From positions 46,704,415 through 46,747,917 of the forward strand of contig NC_068987.1 in NCBI RefSeq assembly GCF_001194135.2: a DNA stretch of 43,503 bases, read 5' to 3'. The notes under the pieces were generated by a model. It was not told the DNA's origin. It saw only the letters and a list, made by a program, of their open reading frames with translations, and searched no databases. The stretch's first letter is position 1. Every line of letters begins with the position of its first letter. Both the position numbers and the translations under genes were made by a program. This DNA comes from Octopus bimaculoides (taxonomy: Eukaryota). This document shows positions 37,075 through 43,503 of the stretch, in pieces.

Positions 37075-37290
37075 GTCGCAAGATCGCGGGTTCGATTCCT
37101 GGACCGTTGTGTTCTCCAGCAAAACACTCCATTTCACGTTGCTCATGTCCACTCAGCTGTAAAAGCGTAACCCTCTCGACGGGTTAGCCTTCCGATCAGT
37201 TGGAACGTTGGCCTGCTCACCTAGCCAGCAGGGTGGCATCCTTTGAGACCTTAAAACGAGGCAAAGCGCATTGTGACGGGCAATATATAA
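37075..37290 (+). mobile_element. SINE family B copy, 5'-truncated, different tail
   Basis: gggttcgattcctggacc..caaaacact.catttcac.ttgctc..gtccactcagct shared with 12128-12384. Confidence 0.85.
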
Positions 37291-37352
37291 CAATATTGAT
37301 CACGTGATACGCGTGCACATATATACACACACACACTCACACACATATATGC

Positions 37353-37383
<31 letters not shown>

Positions 37384-38169
37384 TATATATATACACACAC
37401 ATGGATACATGCATACACACACCAACACACACATACACATACACACACAAACACACACACATACACACACACAGACGTTTGGTGACTTTCCATTTAGATA
37501 TACTTCTGTAGCACCCTTCCGAAATCTCTTCACAAAAAATTACAGCTCTATCGGATTAAATTTTATATATATATATCAAAATAAGCAACAAGGATATCCA
37601 GAAGTAATGCAGTACGATCGTTTCATACACCTCCATTTAATTGAACAACGTAATCATTACATCAATTTAAAATGCAGAGCAATCCTCAGTTGCACAAAGA
37701 CACAGAGTTTAATTAAATTAGAACAGATGGACACATTAGTATAATTATACCTAAAATCTCCAAGAAGTTAAGGAGATAGACTAAGAACATGTTGCCTCTA
37801 CTGCAACATAGAAGTTAATAAATAAATTGTCAAGAAGACTCTGCCGGTCACTGATTTTTGTTTTTATGGGGTTAGTTTTAATTTATAGACTAGTTTATCA
37901 AACCTTGTATATCTAAGGCTGAGAGAATAAAGGGCATTATCTGTTAGGGGTAGGGCTGAGAGAGCAGACAGAAATCATAGTTGGTATAGTCATAAAAATC
38001 ATGAGGTTTGTTAAAGGAAAACTTAAAACAAGATGTTGGCTGACAACTAAGCGGGATCGCCCTCTAGCAGACCATTGATAATGAAACAGGGGAAGTCTTA
38101 TCATGTAGTACTATAGTTAAATGTTTTAAAATAATGTTACTATATTGTATACAGATAAGGTTTATGGCT

Positions 38170-40120
<1,951 letters not shown>

Positions 40121-40149
40121 ATTAATAAAGTGCTACTTTCCCAAATATT

Positions 40150-40625
40150 TAAATGTACGAGTGGCACTATGTACACACGATACCCTAAGGTCTAATCTAT
40201 TATTAATCAGGTTACTATTTTCATTATGCTTAAAAATTTCATGTTTCCATAGAGCAAAGCTCACACCCATATCTGCTATTTCCATAAGGCTGAGCTTTTC
40301 TTATTATTTCCCATTAGGGGCTAAACCCAATTCCACTTTCTTTCAATTCCCAAATCTCACTGGATAAAGAGGTAGAATATTGTTAAGAATAGACTTACTA
40401 AACCGACCAATGTCAGACTTAGTCGGGCAAATTAGTCTTACAGTAGGATCACCCTGGAAGTTTTTCTTGTGGTCTTTCAGGTTAATCCTAGGTTCACTTG
40501 ATGTTAGTGGTTCTGTTCTGTCTGCCAAGTCGTAATCCATCGTAACTTCCTTGATTTTCAAATTCATATCTAATAGATCCTTTCTCGATGTTATTTTATA
40601 TTTAGCGTTGAGTTCCTTCATTTAT
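40150..40625 (-). mobile_element. PLE remnant: RT N-terminus fused to GIY-YIG C-terminus
   Basis: LKDHKKNF..VRLICPTKSDIGRFSKSIL, then in another frame TSLSSEIWELKE..WEIIRKAQPYGN..CELCSME and LRVSCVH. Confidence 0.85.
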
Positions 40626-41899
40626 ATATAGTATAGATATAAACATCATTGTATAACACAATTTACACTTTTACTATTACTTCCTCAACCGGGGTGGGGG
40701 GGCATTATGAGGTATCGCCATTACGTTCAATAAAAAAAAACCGTAACGAATTTTTTTCTTTCAAGCTATAAAAATTTAATCACCTGTCAAACAGTTGTTT
40801 CAACTTTTGCGGTTACAAAATGACGCTGAGATAAGTTTATAATAATTCACAAGTAAATAAACGTTCGTAAATAACTGTTTTATGTTACTGTTCATCATAT
40901 TTTTCACTGTTTATTCAATTACTTCGTTATTTCTGTATTATATCAAAGTTGTTATTCTCTATAGTAATCTTTATCTCTAATAAAATGTACAGTTCCTTTG
41001 TGTTGTTTTATGTTTCACTTAGAAGCACAAACTTCATATTATTAAGTCAGATTAATGACCAGTCATATTAATCATTTGTCGTTTCTCTTACCGTTGATAA
41101 TCAATCTAACAGTAGTTACCTTAATATTATCTGTCGTTTGTTGTGTATGACACAAACAATAATAAAGTTATCGAATAGATATTAGATATCAATATTATTG
41201 TTCTTTTACAGAGTTAGATCCTTAATGTCCAATATCTGTTCATCATAATGACTTTGTTATTCTACTGTCAATAATACCTTCATTAATCTGCAGTCTTGTC
41301 ACCAATATTGTTTAATTTCTCTTTCGTAGATCCGTTAATATCTCGATTAACTCATCACAAATATTGCTTTATTTATCTCTTATAGATCCCTTGTTATCGT
41401 GATTAACTCGACAGCCACCTTTATAGCGTCTGATGTTCTGTCGTAATTTTCTTTTCCATTTGTAGATTTAAAATATTTGCCTAAAATATTTACTTAGATA
41501 TTTCAGTTAATTAGTAGCTACAATTAACTACTTCATACAATTGGCACACCATTACAGTTCCAGAAGACGTTTCCAGCTCAAGACACGTTTAATTCTCCAA
41601 TGTCTCCTAAGGCCGTTAGACTAATTCAGTGAGTCAAGCATAACGTTAAGTTTTAATTAACATATTTTTTACAATTACAAACCAATTTTAATGTAATATA
41701 TTCTAAACTAAGCATAATAAAAAGCGGATTGCATTTTGTTAATATTTTTTATTTTAATATTGATATAGCTTTATAATATTACCTGCTTTCCCCACCAAGG
41801 CAGTATTATATAAAACATTAAATTTGAATAATAACTTTTTAATATTTTTTTATTTTATAAAATATTAATAAATTAATTGCATGAACTAAACATATCCTC

Positions 41900-43371
41900 C
41901 TTTTCATATTATGTCAAAAATGTCAAATGGTTGGAATTACTTTAGAAGAACAGAAGAGACTAAAGACGAAAGTGGGTGATTAAAGATTGAAGAAATTATT
42001 AAAGTTTTATGGTGATTCAACTGTTAGTTCAGTATTAAGATTAGTTCATAAAATATGAGACTAAATATTAAGTATAGGAAAAAGATTAAAGTGTTGTAGT
42101 GCTTTGATGTTCTGTCGTAATTTTCTTTTTCACTTGTAGATTTAAAATATTTGCCTAAAATATTTACCTAAATATTTCAGTTAATTAGTAGCCACAATTA
42201 ATTGCTTCATACAATTGACACAAGGTCGGAAATTTGTAATGATGAGGCTGTATAGTTTGTTAAATCGAATATAGTGCTTGGCTGGTGCATTGTATTACCG
42301 AACCTCGAAAGGATGAAAGGCAAAGATAATCTCGGCAGAATTTGAACTCAGAACGTAAACAGCAGGAAGAGATACCGCAAAGCATTTATATTTTTTCCGA
42401 TGCTCTAATGAGTCTGTCACCAGAAGTGAAAAATGAAAAAAATTGTGAAAGTGTAAATGACAGACTCCAAATCATTTGTAGTTTCTGTCAGAAAGGTATT
42501 TGACTATTAGTGTACTTAACAGCAGTTCATAAAATATAAGACTAAAGATTAAGCATTAAGATTGATAAAAGTATAAAAAAAGACTAAAATGTTATGTTGA
42601 TTCAACTCATGAACAGTAGCTGACTTAATAACATTAAAAATTTAAAAAATCAGTGATTTTAAGAATCAGGATAAGAATTAATCTTTAAGAATAAGAAAGA
42701 TAAAGACACAAAAACCCTGAGTTGATTTTCTTATTTCAAAATCTACTGAAATAAAAACTGAAAAAATGAAGAACGAAAACAACAAAGAACACAAAAAGGC
42801 AAAAGCAAAAAAAAAAACTTGCTGCTCTTGATGATGATTTTAGATTTAATTCCATTGCCTGAGGCAAGTTTATTCAAGGAATCATGGCTGAAACGAAATA
42901 TAATAAGTTCATCCCAACAATAGAACATTCTGTTAGCAAAATAGTACAAAATCTTCAATGGAAAAGAGAAAACTGAATTTGATAAATCATTTAAAAACTG
43001 GATTAGCAAAGAAATCCGATTTTGCACAATGCTTGATGAATATACATCCATCCAAAAAGTTTTAGATAAAATTAATTTAGTTTAGATTACTTCGTTTGTC
43101 TAAATTAGTTAATTTAAATAACGCTAACGCGTATAAAAGGGTAACTTTTGTTCTTTGAGACTGATTGAAATTTTCTTGACAATTGCAAAACAATTGGAAA
43201 TTGTAAAAGAGGAGACGACTGATTTCGACCTCGAATTCGATAAACTCCTAACAGCGGATGAGGTTGGGGTCGAAATAACGGTGTAACAGTTATGGCAAAG
43301 TTGGGGGGAGAGATTTCATCTTAGCATCAATAATGTTTATACCCATGCAATCTATTTGGCTATTTCTTTAG

Positions 43372-43375
<4 letters not shown>
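41900..43375 (+). mobile_element. hAT transposase remnant
   Basis: BED-finger-like NGWNYF..STVSS..HKI; RFCTMLDEYTS; GVTVMAKLG..HQ*C/THAIYLAI; truncated at a (GT)n tract; the element may begin near 40690. Confidence 0.78.
42260..42423 (-). mobile_element. SINE family A fragment within the hAT remnant
   Basis: ctcgaaaggatgaaaggcaaag..ctcggcagaatttgaactcagaacg. Confidence 0.88.
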
Positions 43376-43408
<33 letters not shown>

Positions 43409-43468
43409 GTGTGTGTGTGCGTGCGCGTGTGTATACACACACACGTATATATATATATATGTATATAC

Positions 43469-43503
<35 letters not shown>

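Noticed and set aside
41560-41600. Minus-strand GAAACGTC with a 4-bp stem
   Set aside because: No recognisable 5' core

Overview
Eukaryotic draft-assembly window: AT-rich, 10 N-gaps, dense microsatellites. The SINE and LINE repertoire points to a coleoid cephalopod, most likely Octopus (inference). No intact host gene, rRNA, tRNA gene or CRISPR array is supportable. The window is mostly decayed mobile elements: three Penelope-like retroelement (PLE) remnants, a doubly deleted Helitron, three R4/Dong-like and three CR1-group LINE fragments, four Tc1/mariner remnants, a hAT remnant, two hAT MITEs with TSDs, about 12 tRNA-headed SINEs of two families, and an inverted-repeat element carrying (CCCTAA)n. 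Most ORFs in the supplied track are microsatellite or gap artefacts. The best signal is non-coding: six different type-I hammerhead ribozyme (HHR) motifs. Two have intact cores (2085-2138, 12612-12655) and four are degenerate or rearranged; five of the six have a short palindromic or near-palindromic stem III. Two sit at PLE 3' ends, and the others have little or no adjacent PLE coding sequence. Also notable: a PLE whose RT core is inverted in place, and a PLE whose RT N-terminus is fused to the endonuclease C-terminus upstream of a diverged tandem array. All folds and alignments were done by eye; element boundaries are approximate unless a TSD or TIR is quoted.
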